This document shows, one piece after another, positions 13,262 to 27,074 of a stretch of 64,000 nucleotides of DNA; within the stretch, counting starts at the first letter, position 1; the number at the start of each line of letters is the position of its first letter. Source of the stretch: Camelus ferus (Eukaryota); the NCBI RefSeq assembly GCF_009834535.1, contig NC_045696.1, positions 85,872,001 to 85,936,000 on the forward strand, in the 5' to 3' direction. Below the pieces are notes generated by a model. It had not been told where the DNA came from. It was given only the letters and a program-made list of their open reading frames with translations, and did not search any database. The position numbers and the translations under genes are program-made.

Positions 13262-13470
13262 CTACAGTTTCTTAGGGAGAATATGGAGGGACTTCTGAGT
13301 ATCTGGAAACTATCTAAAATTGTATGAAAAATTATATATGTAAACAATTTGAATACATTATCTCAAACAATAAACACGAGCATTTTTGTAAGAAGAGAAT
13401 GCAGTGAATTCATAGAATTCATTAGATTATTGGAGGCATCAGTAAGCCAACAGAAATGAAGAATCACATG
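13262..13470. mobile_element. hAT-Charlie-type MITE, degenerate
   Basis: 'aaaattgtatgaaaaatt...catagaattcattagattatt...gaagaatcac' resembles Charlie4z-like elements. Confidence 0.45.
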
Positions 13471-14574
13471 CTCAGCCCAGAGAGGCAGGAGAATACTCTG
13501 AATATACAAGTAGGGCTGTCTCCAGTGACTTAAATAAAATACAAGGAAACTGAAAGATTATGAGCAAAGAGACCAAAGGCAGTACCTCAGAATCTGCTAT
13601 TAACTGAAGATATACGGAATGCTACATTTAAGATATAATTGTTGATTACAATGTTTCAGCTAGTTGTCCTGTATTATTATCTGAAGCAGTCTTTTCAATG
13701 TAGCTAAACCAATACTGATAGATTTTCTTGAATGCAGTAAATGATTGGAAATTTTTATAATTCATGTTCCAAATATAGACGGTCTGAGTCATGGGGACAC
13801 CAACAAAAAGTTCTCATTAAATTAGCAAGATTCATACCTAATTAAGATAAAGCAAACATCCTATATTTGACTAAATTAACCTTGAATGCCTGTTGGTCAG
13901 ATGTCTTTTTATAATTACATATTAATACATTTTGAGTAGTATAGAAAATATTTTAATACAGTTTTCTTTAAGGAATTATAGACTTAGTATTCCATGTAAA
14001 GACTTAAGAACAAGTCTTTACTTTTAATTATCTTGCATCTACTGGTAGCTGTTCGGTCTCACACATAGTAGTAGCTGCTCATATTTGCCACCTCAGTTTA
14101 CCCTGTAAAGCTTTTTAGACAAATGATTACCCAAACAACAGGTCCAGATTTCCCTTCCAACATTTCTACATGCTTTCACAGTTTAATTCTAGAAACCTAT
14201 ATACACATCTGCATTTAAAAGAAAACAACAACTTTTTAACCTTTTTTTCTCCTTTTCTCTGTTCTCTTTTATTCAAATATTTTCAGGAAAAGGAAAAAGA
14301 AAACTTTCTATCCTCTCTCTTCTTTAAAAATTATATTTATAAGTTTCTGAACAATCATAGTTGCAAATGAGTAGCAACAGAAGTAGAGCTTATACTATAC
14401 TTTTATCAGAGTAAAAGGGCATTAGTAAGAGTCAGTGGCATCAGTCAGAAAAGCTCTTGTAAGACTTCACAACCTAAAATTACCTGTATACTTTTTTGGG
14501 TTTTGATTTCTGTTTTTTAATATGATACATTTCAATTTAAATTTAACATAATTTTAGCATGTTTTAAATTAAAC

Positions 14575-14820
14575 ATATATTAGTATAAAATAGATATAAT
14601 ATGCAAAAATACTCAAAAATCAATAAATATATTAACCACAGTAACAGGGTAAAGTTAGGAAGGTCATATAATCCTATCAATGGATACAAAAAAATTTTAT
14701 AAAACCCAGCACCAATTTGTGAATAAAAAAATACTCTACAAATTGGAAATAAAGAATAATTTCCTCAACTTGTTAAGAAACATCTACAAAATCGTACCTA
14801 CTGGCTAACATCATACTTAC
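14575..14820 (+). mobile_element. L1 ORF2 (RT region) fragment
   Basis: 'catataatcctatcaatggatacaaaaaaa...ttcctcaacttgttaagaaacatctacaaaa...gctaacatcatactt'. Confidence 0.75.
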
Positions 14821-15289
14821 CTATACACTTTTATTTGTCTTTCCACTATTAATACATACTTCTCCTTAGGTTCCAGACTTCAAGAGTCATTTAAAAATAT
14901 TTAGTTGCATTTAATTTATATTTTCATTTAATGATCGCTCTATATTTTATTTTGTATAGTTATATAGTTTTGAAAATAATATGTTAATATCTGATGAAAA
15001 CAAAGTATGAAAGCATATCATCCTTTATGCCCATTTGGGGTTGTATCAGACTCTATATTTTTGTCCTTCTTTTTCAGACATCTTGCTGTGAGAAAAGATG
15101 TGTCAAACAAATGACCTACAGAATTTTGAAACATCAACCATGTAAGGTAGGTAATTGTAATTTGAGCACTTCCTATAGTTTGTTTTATTTATCTTTATGT
15201 TAAAAAGACATTCATTTCGTATGACACTACTCCAGCTGCAAAGTTCTCTTTGTACAAAAATATTGGGCTTATCTATGGTTTTTATTTTC

Positions 15290-16712
15290 AAATATAATTT
15301 AATTTATTTTTTGACAAAGAAAATTCCACCTGTTTACAGTGTACAATGTGATGTTTTGATATATGTATACGCTAGTATACATTGTGAAATGATGACCACA
15401 ATTTAACTAATTAACATTTCTGTAATCTCAAATATTACCTTTTTTGTGTGTGTTCGTGAGAACAGTTGAGATTTACTTCCTTAGCAAATTTCAAATATAC
15501 AATACATTACTATTAATTACAGTCACCAGAATTTATTCATCTTATAACTGAAAATTTGCACACTTTGGTATTTCCCTTTTACTCATCCACTCCAGACCCC
15601 TTCAGCCTCTGGTGGCCACCATTCATTCTACTTTGTTTTTATGAGTTCGACATCTTTTTTTTCCCTAGATACCACATATAAGAGAGATCATGCCATATTT
15701 GTCCTTCTGTTTCTGTATTTCACTTAGAGATAATTAAGTAGTTATATAAACAACATGAAACTGAATATTTTAAGTGCTTCTTGAACTCTGGAACCTAACA
15801 AATGTTCATTAGTAGAGACAAGAAGAAGAAACCAGTCTGTAGGTATATTTAGGTGTAAAATCCTACAAGAGCTTTTCTGATTGATGCCACTGATTCTTAC
15901 TAATGCCCTTTTATTCTGATACTTAGCACATTGTCATCTGCATTGTCACAAATGGCAGGATTTCCTTTTATTTTATGGCTTTATTATGGGTAGTGTATTA
16001 TATATTGAATAACATTTTTGTATCACATTTATTTATTTATCCATTTTTGGACACTGAGGTTGTTCCATGGCTTGGCTATTGTGAACAATGCTGCTTTTGA
16101 TGTAATTTAAAAAAATAATTGAAAAGACCAATGTTAAGGAGTTTTGCCTCTATGTTTTCTTCCTAGGAGTTGTACAGTTGCAGGTCTTACATTTAAATCT
16201 TTAATCCATTTTGAGGTTATTTTTATGTATGGTGTGAAATAAGAATTCAATTTAATTCTTTTGCATGTCAATATCCAACTTTAACAACACCATTTACTGA
16301 TCAGACTGTCCTTTCCTCCTCTGTATTCTTGACACTTTTGTCAAATATTAGTTGACTACACATGCATGGGATTGTTTCTGGAATCTCTTTTCTGTTCCAC
16401 TGGTCTATGTGTCTGTTTGGTATCCATACTAGACTGTTTTGATTACTACAGCTTTGTAATATAATTTGATGTCAGGAGGTATGAGGCCTCCAGCTTTGTC
16501 CTTCTTGTTTAAGATTGCTTTAGTTCTTCAGGGTTGTAGTTTCATATGACTTTTAGGATTTTTTAAAAATTTTTGTGAAAAATGCCACTAGAATTTTGAT
16601 AGGGATTGCATTGAATCTCTAGATAGCTTTCGGTAGAATGGACGTTTTAACAATATTAACTCTTTCAATCCATGAACACAGGATATCTTTTCACTTATTT
16701 GTGTCTTCTTTG
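15290..16712 (-). mobile_element. L1 (L1MA-like) 3' end with an internal insert (15728-15920) and an internal deletion (~16094)
   Basis: L1MA tail 'gtgtacaatgtgatgttttgatatatgtatac...cattgtgaaatgat', 'ttagcaaatttcaaatatacaatac', then ORF2 antisense 'ggtcttacatttaaatctttaatccattttgag...ttttgatagggattgcattgaatct'. Confidence 0.92.
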
Positions 16713-18952
16713 GTTGATTTATTTATTTTTTATTGTTTAAATAAAAATGCTTTACTGATACAGCAAAATAAATGAATATTTTGAAATTTTCTTTTTGGCA
16801 TCTGTGTGTGGACTTCTGATGTTTTCATGGCTTTTAAAATTACTTGAGGAGGACCTTATTTAAATGTATGCCAGATAACAAAATAGTATTTCTGGAAAAT
16901 ATTCTTAAAAGTTAACAAAGAAAAATGCCTTTTCTTGTTGACATTTTGACAGATGACATACTAGAAAACCTCTGGTCATAGAATTTAAGACGCTGCAGTG
17001 AATGACAGTTTCTCCTAAGCTAATTGACAACTAGGGATAAAAATAAATCAAAGGGAGTATGTTATGATATTACTCAAGGGAACATAGGCTGTGAGGAAAT
17101 GTAAAATGTTTATTTTTTGAGAATAAGACTGCATTTTTGAATTCCAACACTGAGCACTTGGTTATCTCTTGTAAAGAAGAACACTTGCTGCAAAAATAAT
17201 GATTATCCAATCGAGAAGCTAATAGCAGTGATGGTGCAATCAAGAAAGTTGTTCCTTGAAGTATTTAAAATGTTTTTATTTAAAAAATGTAGCAGAATTC
17301 TGTGCATTATATTCAGAATTCAGTGTAAGCCTTAAAATTACAGTCAAATTTCACTATACAGTTTTTACAGTTAATATTTTCACTCAAGTATAATAATCAC
17401 CAAATTTCAAAGTCCCATGGAAATCCCATAGGAATCATGATTTCCACCCTTATTGTTTTTCCTTGTAATGCATATGATAGAGACTCAAAAATAAATTGCA
17501 TTTTCTCAAATAAAAATTATCTGAGGAAACTGTGTGAATATTAATAAAGAACTCAGTCTCGAGTTTCATTATGTGATATAGGAAGTAGAATAAGAATAAA
17601 AATAAGTGCTTAGAGGGAGTAGGGAAATTTTAATCTTTTACAAAATAAAATAATTTTTCTCCTGAAATTTTCTAGCTAATTGTACCATTAGAAAAGAGGA
17701 GAACTAATCGGCTATGAACACCTGCTCTATGGCTTATATTGTGCTACATGCATACTGCTCAGTTCATAACAAAATGTTCAGAAGTCTAAAGTAAAATGAG
17801 AAAAACATTATGTAAATTACAGTTTTTTGAAAGGATAAATGTGTTTTAAGTTTATAAGATTTTATTTTTATCCTGAGTTGATATCACTTCTTCGTGTTAA
17901 AATGGTTTTATTTTATTATATGAAAGAACCTGATAGTTGTGGATTTTGCTTTCATTTTTATTTGGAAAAATGTATAAACCCTATGTGAGTCCCTGGAGGT
18001 TTGGGGAAGTGCTGTGGTCTCATGGAATGTAAAATTGTGGACGCTGAGGTCCTCACAAGATACCTTCAGAGTATTTACTGTTACCCAGTAGAATAGATTA
18101 TAAATTCAGGCTCAAAGAAATAATAAGCTTTTCCAAGGTCATCTAACAAATACAGAGGGGATGGCAAATTCAAAGAGAAACAAATTTAAATCAGTTGGGG
18201 GTTGTTAAATTAATCTATCAACTACCATTGATTGAACTATTCATGGGTAGTGTTTCTTTTCCTGGAAAAATCAATCATCTTTAAAGGTGTTATATTTCTT
18301 AAAGTCAGTTAATGATACTTAAATGTGACACCTTCCCTTCCAATCCTTGGAAGTGCTTCTTATTTCTCTGAAAGCTGTGGTTTGATGACTAGCTTGTGAT
18401 GTGGATACAAGTAATGAAAGGTACGTGGGAGTTTGGGAGAACATGTTATTTGAGAGGTGGAGATTGATTGATTACCCATCCTTGAGAGAGAGACCAGAGG
18501 TAAGTTTTAAAAATTAAAAAGTAACATCATTAAAATAAGGAAAGTCATGGTACAAAATGAAAACAGTTGTGTGCAAGGTAATTAGCTAAAATTCAAGCTA
18601 AATACAAAAACCATGGCAGTCATCACAGCAAGGAAACAATAAGTAATAAGTGGAAATCCAAGCAGCAGATAAATTTAGTGAATGGGGCAGGCAGTCCAAG
18701 ATGGATAGAAGGGTCCTGTTTGTCTAGGAAGCTGTCACCCAGGGCAAAAATAATCCAGTCTTTAGAGTCTGGAGACTTGGTTTGGAATTCAGTCACAAGG
18801 TGTAAACATAGAAATCGTTGAGCTACTAGGAATAACACCTGCCTAACTCTTACCTAGGAAAAGAACTATTCTGATTTTGGGGCAAAGCTAAATACATTGC
18901 TGGTGGTACAAAGGGACACTTGGAAGGGTTCTTAATTTAGTTCTTAATTTGA

Positions 18953-19140
18953 AGTAGTGATTCTTAACTGATTTTCAGTTTAGTGTTTGCTGGATTCTCT
19001 TTCTCTCTCTCTCTTTTCAATATGTGCATGCCTGGAGAACCCACACTTCCATCTAATTGAAATCTCTGCATGTAGAAACAGTTATTAGCAATTAAAACCA
19101 TTTCCCTTTGGTGATTCTGATGTACATCCATTGGTACAAA
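18953..19140. mobile_element. MER5-like hAT MITE
   Basis: 'agtagtgattcttaac...tgaaatctctg...ggtgattctgatgtaca'. Confidence 0.45.
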
Positions 19141-19618
19141 CTCAAGAGTGTTGCAGACCTAAATAACCCTTAAAAAAATAATCAGGACATTTCAAAGTGC
19201 AGTGGATACAGATTCTAACACACAAGAAATAGTTGATGATTTCATTATTATATCCTTGAATTAAAGATTTCTTCTAAATAAGATGCAACATACAGTGTTT
19301 GCAAAATTACTTAAGAAACAGAGGAAATTGGGAAGTACTAGTAGTGAATTGGAGGAGATTACCTAGGTGGTATTATGAGAAATATAAGTTCAGCATGAAG
19401 TTCCACAGATTGAAAGTAGAATAATGATATTTATAACTGGCACTGCTCATTAAAAAGTCCATCAATTTGGGTTATACATGAGAAGTTCTGAGAGTATAGT
19501 GAAGAGTAAGAGATAATGTTTATGAATGAAGTCGTTTGGAAACAGCAGGTAGTTTATTGGTTGAAGGAGAAAACCTTGAACTTAGGATGGCTAAATGATA
19601 GCTGGTGGATGGCTATGA

Positions 19619-19760
19619 CAGTGTTTTTCAACCTTCAAAGTATACAAAGTTCTCTAGGGATTGTTAAAATGCAGAACTGAATCAGTATGTTTGGGGTAAG
19701 ACCCAAGATTCTCCATTTTCAGTAAGCTCCCTAATGATCTTCTCATGAAACTTGAGGTCT
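19619..19760. mobile_element. MER5A-like hAT MITE
   Basis: 'cagtgtttttcaacctt...ttgttaaaatgcaga...gacccaagattctccattttcagtaagctccctaatgat'. Confidence 0.65.
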
Positions 19761-22700
19761 TATTAATTCCAGGATCAAAATTCTGGTTAGATAACTGGTA
19801 CAGTTTGGTGTGTGTGTTGGGGATATAGGTTATGAACAATCTGTATACATTATAGAACAAATTTCCCAACCTGAGTCCAAACTGCATTCATTGTAGCACG
19901 CAGAATGTCTGTAGAATGAATGACTGGGCTTTATTTCCATGTGTTACAAGGACTCTAATGGGAAAGATTTTAAATTTGTTTTAGAAAAAATTACATATGT
20001 CTTGAAAGGCTGGAATCATTCTAAGAGCTATAACTCTCTGATCTTCAAAATGTACATTGGCTCTGATCTTGTATATTTATGTCCAAATAGAGTGGGAGGG
20101 AGTGCAATGTTAAGAAACTGCAAATAATAATAATAGTGATAGTAATAATCAACTTAAAAATATTTGAAAAACCCAAAGGAACCATTTCTATAAAATGTCT
20201 CTGACCCAGCAGTGCAAGGTGTAAACAGGATTAGTCCCAGAGTGAACCGTGGGACCAGGATGGCAGTAGATCCATCATGATGGTGATCCATACATTGACA
20301 ACAGAAGCTTCAGCACTGGCTGAGGTTGCAGCTACCTTTGACTCCCTCAACACTGGACATTGACGCTCTTACTGTAAAACCCACTCTTAAATCTTGGACC
20401 ATCACAAGCTTGGAAAAGATGATAGCAGCAGTAGCAGCATGAATTCACTGGTGCCTTCAGGGGACCTCAATTCATATATTCTGCATTTATTATCTGTAGA
20501 AATTCGAGTTTACATAATCCAGAGCAGGAGCAGTAGAATGGTAAAATAGCAGTCGTATGTGTTGGAAGACTCATTACTGGAGCCCAATCCCTGGAGATTG
20601 ACAGAACTATTTTGGAGCAATTTTAAGGAGCTGGTTTTCTTACACGTGTGGGAGTGGAGCCACAGGAGTACTTTGTAGCTGACATTGATATCTCCAGAAT
20701 GGCAGGATCTAGAGAAAAAATACATAAATACACGTTTTTTTAAGATGAGAAGAGAAAAATGTACTTTATATATGCTTTATTATATTTTTAACAATAAGGA
20801 ACATCCCTAAAGACCTAAACTTCCTAATTAAAAAGAGACCAGAGAGTTTTTAAAAGAATCTGCCAAAGTGATAAATTCTGAAATCAAGAGCATGAAAACA
20901 GCCGCATTTGGTTTGGAAATTGCTTCTTGAGAATGAAAAGTGGTTGAATTTAAGGAAATAGATTTGTACATCCAGGAGAAAAGTAAAATGTGATTGACAT
21001 GACTAACAGTGCACAGGTTCTGTACCTGGGAAGTAGTGACAAAAAAAAATTGACTGAGGAAAGAAACAGAAAATCTTTTTCAGCAGCCAGAGCGGGTGCC
21101 TGAAGAATTAGTAATATTAATACCAAAAATAAAAATTCTCAGTCTGCTTGGAAATCATTTTATTGCAGTTAGAATGGAGCCAATTAGTCAATAGGACCAC
21201 TTTCTAAACAGTCTGCAGAATTGACATCTACTTTTCTTTTCGCTTATTTTAACTTGTCACTATAGAATAGAAATATAAGATGACATATAAATTAATGAGG
21301 TGGCATTTTGAGAACCAAAGAGATATTTTTCAGAACCAAGTGACTGTTTTCTATAATTACAAAGATTATTCAAATTTACTAGAGAGTTGTACACATATTT
21401 TTGACTTAGTTCCACTTTATTCAATGATGTTAGTATAATTATAATTTGCTTTTGGAGGTCAAGGCTATAGACAAAACTGAAGATACAAGGCATAATTCTC
21501 CATTAGGTGGTTTTTCCTGTGACTCTAATATACCATCTGTCACTTACAATAATTAACCACTAGTAGAACACTTTATATTTTTTCAGTTTCCTCGAAAATT
21601 TTAAAAATTAAAAATTAACAGTGCTCCCAATACTTTAGAATTATCTACAAATCAGGAAAATGGACACGACCTTGCTATTTCTTTCATGTTTCGGTACAAG
21701 ATTTGTATCTTTCTCAAGATATGTCAGGAGCACGGCTGAGTTGGGAGAGAGAGAAAGCTGAGCTGTCAAGTGTCAGAGTAGCCAATTAAACATTTAATTA
21801 CTTACTGTGATGATATATGCAAGAGTCTAAAACTGGAAGAAGCACCCACTTCCCCTGTTCCTTCTTCCATTCATGGCAAAAGGCAGGTGAATCAGCCCGG
21901 TGGTCACCTCACTGCTTAGGGACCGCAGAACAAAAGGTTCTGGGGTCAAGGGGAAGATGAGAGAAAAGTTAGGGGTATAAAAGTACTGAGTACTGAGTCA
22001 GAGCATGGAAAAGTGTCTTCAAGATTTCCCCCTCCTTTGTCAGGAGATCTCAGGAGAGATGCCTGAAAAAGACCTCTATCCAAAGCCTCATCGTTTTCAA
22101 CATCTGCTTCTTGACATAAGATGTGGAGTGTTAGACTGTTAAGCTTACACATTCTCTGATCACTAACCTTCAGATTTGCTTCCTTTCCTTCATGTTTGTT
22201 TACGAAATTCTCATCTTTCATGTTTGCTCAACGGAAACCTTGTTTTACCTCTGTATATTAAGACATCTAACCAATATAATATATTCTATAACATAATTAT
22301 GTAAATTTTACTTCATTTTCTGCTATAATTTCCCAGTATGTTCTGAGTTTTAAAATACAGCTTTAGCTAACAGTAGCTATAAAATAGTCATAAATAGTAA
22401 AAAAAAAAAAAAAAAATTTGAAACATATATAGGAGGCAAATGTTTCCAAAGATCATTTTTTTTCTTGTTTTAGTAATTTTTACATGAATAGTCTCCATAA
22501 AGAATAAATTTATAGAAAGGACCATGTCTGTTTTATCTTATCATATTGGCACAAACAGAGTAATTATGTATTTCAAAGGTTGTTAGCTAACCAAGGCAGA
22601 AAAAAAAAAGAAAAAAAAGAACTTGAAGGAACAAATTGATGTGAATAGGCTTCAGTCACAGGCTGCCTCTAGGATAATGTAGGCTCCAACGAGCTGATAG

Positions 22701-24534
22701 TTGGAAATTACTGTAAGCAATGACAAGGTAAAATTTCAGTAAATTAAACAACTTCTTTTTACTATTTATTTATTATTACTGAGTGTTCTTTAAAGAATTG
22801 AAGCCTGAACCTAAAACTTAATTGACCATAAATGATAAACATAATATTAAAAGATACAGAAGGACCAATTTCCCATACTATGTGTTGATGCTTTATAGGT
22901 CTTTTACTATGAAATCCACATCAGAACCTAATTTATGTTTTCCACTTAAAAGGGACTTTTCCCTGTGGCTAGAATTTCAATGTGTGTAGATAGTCTGCAG
23001 TGTCTCCCTCTGAGATAATTCTTCCTTTGCCAGTTGTATTAGTTGCTCCTTTTCCTTTGGTAAAATCTGTGCAACATGGCTTTGACATTCGGTTCCTACT
23101 TAAGCCTATTCATTTTATAAAAGAAAAAAAAATCCATTCAGTACCTCTTTCCTAATCCAAAAGCCCTTTAGAATTGGACAGATATCTAAGCCCTTCAGTG
23201 ATATAAAGGTAAATTTGATATAATCATCCATCCAGTTATAATATTCTAACCTTTACCATTAGAGATTTACTGTTATCAGTGAAGGAACAAAATTTCATTT
23301 TTTTGTATTATCTATCAAGGTAAGAGTTATAGGATGATTTGAAATGTATTTCCATTTTCAAATCAATTTAAAAACATTCTGGGAAAAATCAAATTATTAT
23401 AGTATTTTTGATTTTTACTCATATATGTAATATTATACTTGTATATAATTTTGAGCCATTAATTTGCTAACTCAGACAAAAATATAATTGTGGGGCTGCA
23501 TGCAAAACAATATCGGCATATGTGTCTGATGTTTCCTACTCAACAACTTTGAAATACTACATAAGGTACCATATCATTTAGTTGGCGCTGTTTTGAGAAA
23601 TATATTTTGTGGATTATTTTCACCAGATATTCCCAAGGATATCTGGTATTTACTTACTCAATCCAAAGTAAGGAAGTCTAGATTTCCATTGCTGAAAAGT
23701 GGAAAGTGGAAATACCCTGTTCATGGCTCCGTTTTTGCTGCTACTCCCCTTACTAGCCTGAGCCACCCAGGAGAGTACAGTGGCGCCCTGACTATATCCT
23801 GCTTTTGACAATAGTGATAACTGCATTCAACTCGAGACCAAATGAATCCGCATTTGGGGGAGTGTGGTCAAGTGTTTGATTTTTAAAATTCTTTGCAGTT
23901 CTGAATTTTAAAATTTACTAAGCAATTCAAATGTGTATCTAGGGTTTAGATCCACCAGTCCTGAGCAGTACATTGTTTTCTACTGCTGTGGCAGCTCCCC
24001 TAAGAGCAGGCTCAGGTCCTAGTACAGGATGTGCTTTTTTAAGTCAGCTCTGGTATTTTGGTTTCCTGGGATAACAGCTAAAAATAGTCATTGTAGCCCA
24101 GATGTCCAAGTAAGGCAATCACTGGTCCATAGTACATTTTCCCATAGATATGGCCTTAATCATTCAGTGTTTAAAAACTGCATGTGCAGGAGCAGGAAGT
24201 AGGAGGAACATGGGAACATTATACGTTCTACCTTTTCACTACTCTACACACAAACACACACACACAGACATACTGTTTACTCTCTGTATGGTAAAAAAAA
24301 ATTGTCTCTTCTTTTTACTAAATTGTAATCAAGACGATACATGCATCCTATATCACTAACACACATAATATCTAGCCTGCTTCACCTGCATTCAGACTTA
24401 AAATGACCCCACAGGTTTTTTTCTCAGAACATTGCATGGGCAACCAGTACACATTTGTTTTACTGAGGTACCTCTGTCGAGGGCTTTTCTAAACGAGATC
24501 TGTCTCACGGTACTATCACTTCATTTTGAAGAAA

Positions 24535-24760
24535 AGAGGTAATACTGAAATTGAGCAGGCGCTGCTCTAAGTACTTGACATGTATTGACTCATTTAGTCT
24601 TCAGAAAAACACTACGAGGTAGGCTTCCTGGGGATCTTTTCAAGTAACAACACACAGGCATGGAGATTATAAATAGCTTTCCGAGGTTGTAGAGGTGATG
24701 AGGGGCAGAACTGACACCCAGCCCAGCAGTCTGGCTGCACAGCCCAGGCCTTCTCCTCTG
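24535..24760 (-). mobile_element. MIR SINE
   Basis: 'aggcgctgctctaagtacttgacatgtattgactcatttagtcttcag...gaggtagg...ggggcagaactgacacccagcccagcagtctggctgcacagccc'. Confidence 0.75.
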
Positions 24761-26998
24761 CTCACTAGTCTCTCCTGAGCCTTTACTTGTGCAAACTACC
24801 GGAACCTTCCCCAACAAGTGCCTCTGTCCGTGCACCAAACATCTTACTCCATGGAACTGAAATCTCAGGGAGTTAAATACAAAGAATTAACATGTAGGTG
24901 AGATTTTGAAATTTTGATTTAATTGCCATTCATAAACATTTAAAATATAGAGCCCAAAGACATGGTAACGTCCCACTGCTATACAACTCAGAGGTAATTC
25001 GTGCTTGGTTAATTTGTTGCATAATTCTGCTATCAAAATGTTCCAATATAGTTCCTTTTCACTCCCTTCACAAATTGGCCTTATGTTTTATTAACAGTAT
25101 CTAATCTTATTGTATTATATTTTCATGGTACATTCACTCATTTGTTTTCTGGAAGTAGATGGAATATAAATAAGCAAATATCTTGATTTATAAAAGATTA
25201 CCTTAAATTATAAATTACCTTGATTTATAAAAAATTAAGTCAATTATATAGAAGCACTTCCTGCATTATGACAAAAAACCAAAAGTAGAGAAAAACTTCC
25301 TGATGATGCAATTTTTTATTAGTTTTTTAAGTGGCTTGGTGTCAATTTACCACTGACTGATTTGATTCCTGTGATTGAGCAAGGCCATTTATATTTGCAA
25401 AGAGTAGAATTGTATTTATGTTGGCACATTAATGTGGCAGATTATTTGGAAAAATGTATTATTTATCCCATTTTAGAAGGGACTAAAATTCAGGAGTTTG
25501 ATTGTTGCCAGTACCTATAGCTTCTAAGTAACAAAATAAGTGGTTGGGACAAAAATATTTTTATCCTAGACCTGGTGTGCTTTCCTCATCATGAGTGTAG
25601 ATAAATGACTCAGCTATTTTTTTTTTTTTTTCTGTGACATTTACTTTCCAAAGGTTGTAGAGCATAGGGGAAATTTCAAGCAGGGAACCTAGAAAAGTCC
25701 AGCAGATAAATATTAGGTCAGAATCTGCACATGACAAGTACAAATGAAGCAATGGTAGTACTGTAGACTGGTGAATTATATTGATGGAGGTTTAAACAAA
25801 AGTATAGATGACTTAAAGCAAAAGTATAGATGTCTTTCATTGCTATATTAGTGTGTGTGTATATGTGTACAGTGATTTTTCTAGAAGCATTGCAGACTGG
25901 GTGACCTACGTGATATATAAATAGCAATAATAATGCATGTGGGTAGTGATAACTCATTTTAAGGGAATAAAGTCAACAAATACAACTTGTTACCCCTAAA
26001 CACTCAGTATTTGAGACTTCCCAGTTTTGAGAATTAGCAGTGTGCATTTAGTGAGATGATATCTACGTGCAGTCATAACCAAAGCTAGGAACTCTGTTTT
26101 ATTTCAGAATTGATGGCCTCACTCTCCCAGAAAAGCCCTTTTTCCTTTTTTATATGGAATATCATAAACAAAACAGTAAGAGTTTTGCACATGTATTACA
26201 ACTAGGGTATTATGTCACCCCTAGTCTGGTCCAGATTATCTTCTCATAGTTTTATGTCCATCTGTCATGTGAATGTCTGCATTGTCTGACCGTTCTTGTG
26301 TAACCTTCCAGTTCATATCACTTTCTCAAAGTCTGGGATGAGACAGTAAGTGAAATAAAGTGATGTTATCACTCAACATAAATTATTTAGTCTATTTCTG
26401 AGAGTTCAGGAATTTTTTGCCTCCACCCAAGTGTTTGATAAAGTGATAGCCAGGATGATACTTAGTCCCATAAGGGATGAAGCCACATTCTCTTGGTGAA
26501 GTTCTCATTACTAGTTCAGATTTTATTTTATTAGGAACATGCTCAGATTGGTAATCTTGGAATCAGAACAGATTAAATAAATTAAATTTGTGATGGAATC
26601 AGTCAAAAATTGCCTGAAGTATTAAATTCCACATTAAAAATAATCAGAGCATTTTAGTGGATTCTTTTACTATTTGGCTAGGATGTCCTCTTTTCCCTGA
26701 TAATGCTGAGATGTTTGCTTTTTATGGAACTTTTGCAGCCCTGGTTGCATCATAGACCACTCCTTCTACCCTTTTATAAATTCATTCTTCCTAGAGACAA
26801 ATTAAAAGTTCAGTGACATTGTGTTTACCTTGGGAGGTGTTTGAACTCCTTCAGGTGATTCTACATTTCTTTGCCCCAGTTCATTATGCCTAATTTGTAC
26901 CGAGTAATGTCTCTCTCTCTTTAAATTGGCAGAATACAAGAGAGATACATAGAAGCTTCCAAATTCTAACAAAAATAAGAACAACAGCAAAAGTAACC

Positions 26999-27025
26999 TT
27001 TTTTTTTTTTTTTTTTTTTTTTTTT
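26999..27025. repeat. Poly(T) tract (27 nt)
   Basis: Read directly. Confidence 0.95.
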
Positions 27026-27074
27026 ACTGAGTTCAGTTTCATGATATTTCATAGTTTCCTTATGGAAAATTGTT

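Noticed and set aside
23765..23795. Possible CTCF site around 'cagtggcgccctgact'
   Set aside because: Only a partial match to the core motif.
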